DNA from: Candidatus Latescibacterota bacterium
GTDB taxonomy: Bacteria > Latescibacterota > UBA2968
DNA length: 64,000 nucleotides
Direction: 5' to 3'
Assembly (NCBI GenBank): GCA_965204745.1
Contig: OZ242010.1
Span: forward strand, 1-64,000
Shown: positions 62,963-64,000 of the stretch, piece after piece
Position numbering within the stretch: position 1 is the stretch's first letter
Layout: each line of letters opens with the position of its first letter
Program-made: the position numbers and the translations under genes
The notes under the pieces: generated by a model
Databases searched by the model: none
Seen by the model: the letters and a program-made list of their open reading frames with translations, nothing else
What the model was told of the DNA's origin: nothing

Positions 62963-64000
62963 ATGACTGAGCGACTTTCGTTTCGGCCCGAGCGCAGGCC
63001 CAATGTGATTTGGATTTTTGGGGATCAGCATCGCGCCCATGCCTTGAGCTATCGGGGCGATCCCAATGTGTTCACGCCGAATATCGACAATCTCGCGCGC
63101 GAGGGGACGCGCTTTGACTGTGCGGTGGCAGGGGCACCGTGGTGTTCGCCTTTTCGCGGCGCGTTGCTGACGGGCACGTATCCGCATCAAAATGGGGTGA
63201 CGAAAACGCCATCGCCACTGCGCCCGACGATCCCGACCATTGCCGAGCCGTTCAATGATGCGGGGTATCACACCGCGTACATCGGCAAGTGGCATTTGGA
63301 TGGGGCGAACGCACGGGAACACTACGTGCCGCCCGAGCGCAGGGGGAAGTTTCAGTATTGGATGGGGTATGAAAACAACAACAACCAGAACGAGTGCTAT
63401 GTCTATGGCACGGATGGCGAAACGCCCCGGCGGTTGGACGAGTACGAAACCGATGGCCTGACCTCACTGCTGTTGGATCATCTCGCTGGGCATGTGGATG
63501 ACCGCGAAGACTATCAGCCCTTTTTCGCCGTGCTTTCGGTGCAACCGCCGCACAACCCCTACGTGCCGCCCACCAATCCACAGCGCGGGGCCAGGCGGAT
63601 TCACCCGTCCGAGATTCGGCTTCGGCGCAATGTGCCGGATGTGCCGTGGATCCGCGAGCGGGCCGCACTGGATCACGCGGGGTATTACGCGATGGTGGAA
63701 AATTTGGATGACAACGTGGGGCGGGTTCGCAACGCGCTCAAAGAAATGGGCATCGACCGCGAGACGTATTTGATTTTCTTTTCGGACCACGGGGATATGC
63801 TTTGGAGCCACGCGCAGTCGGGCAAGTCCTCGCCGTGGGAGGAATCGATCCGCATTCCGTTTGTCATCGGCAAAGTGGGCGGCAGTTACAACATGCGAAC
63901 GGGTTCGACCGATGCGGTTATCAATCACGTCGATATCGCGCCTACGACCCTGGGCCTGTGCGGCATCCCGGTGCCCGATAGCATGGTGGGGCACGATTAT
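62963..64000 (+). CDS. Sulfatase, partial (runs off the window)
   Basis: MTERLSFRPERRPNVIWIFGDQHR, CSPFRGALLTG, GKWHL, PPHNPY, SDHG. Confidence 0.9.
   Translation, partial: MTERLSFRPERRPNVIWIFGDQHRAHALSYRGDPNVFTPNIDNLAREGTRFDCAVAGAPWCSPFRGALLTGTYPHQNGVTKTPSPLRPTIPTIAEPFNDAGYHTAYIGKWHLDGANAREHYVPPERRGKFQYWMGYENNNNQNECYVYGTDGETPRRLDEYETDGLTSLLLDHLAGHVDDREDYQPFFAVLSVQPPHNPYVPPTNPQRGARRIHPSEIRLRRNVPDVPWIRERAALDHAGYYAMVENLDDNVGRVRNALKEMGIDRETYLIFFSDHGDMLWSHAQSGKSSPWEESIRIPFVIGKVGGSYNMRTGSTDAVINHVDIAPTTLGLCGIPVPDSMVGHDY

Overview
Bacterial chromosomal window, GC-rich by eye, with sulfatases, phytanoyl-CoA dioxygenases and HAD hydrolases and repeat-rich intergenic DNA. Housekeeping and metabolic genes (argG, glnB, infA, iolD, aminotransferases, ABC exporter, peptidases) are interrupted by three accessory blocks. 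(1) ~1090-15962 is a co-oriented, visibly lower-GC six-gene operon: a GNAT acetyltransferase fused to an apparently intact TGT/DpdA-like base-exchange domain, a small putative winged-helix protein, a ~1240-aa P-loop ATPase, two unknown proteins and a ~1900-aa DruE/YprA-like DUF1998 helicase broken by two -1 frameshifts. This is the best candidate for an undescribed DNA-modification-dependent defence system. (2) ~22220-25774 holds an AAA-nuclease, an McrC-like protein without McrB and an orphan RHH antitoxin. (3) ~48815-56971 is a mosaic of toxin-antitoxin pieces, a Type III R-M pair flanked by 66-bp direct repeats, and a BsuBI/PstI-family REase with a C5 methyltransferase. Intergenic regions carry nested repeat families (a TIR/TA-flanked MITE, REP-like hairpins, heptamer tracts), and one module is inserted in frame in a gene. 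No rRNA, tRNA, CRISPR array, integrase or transposase was recognised. All family calls come from motif recognition by eye, not database searches; start codons were adjusted to RBS-supported positions.
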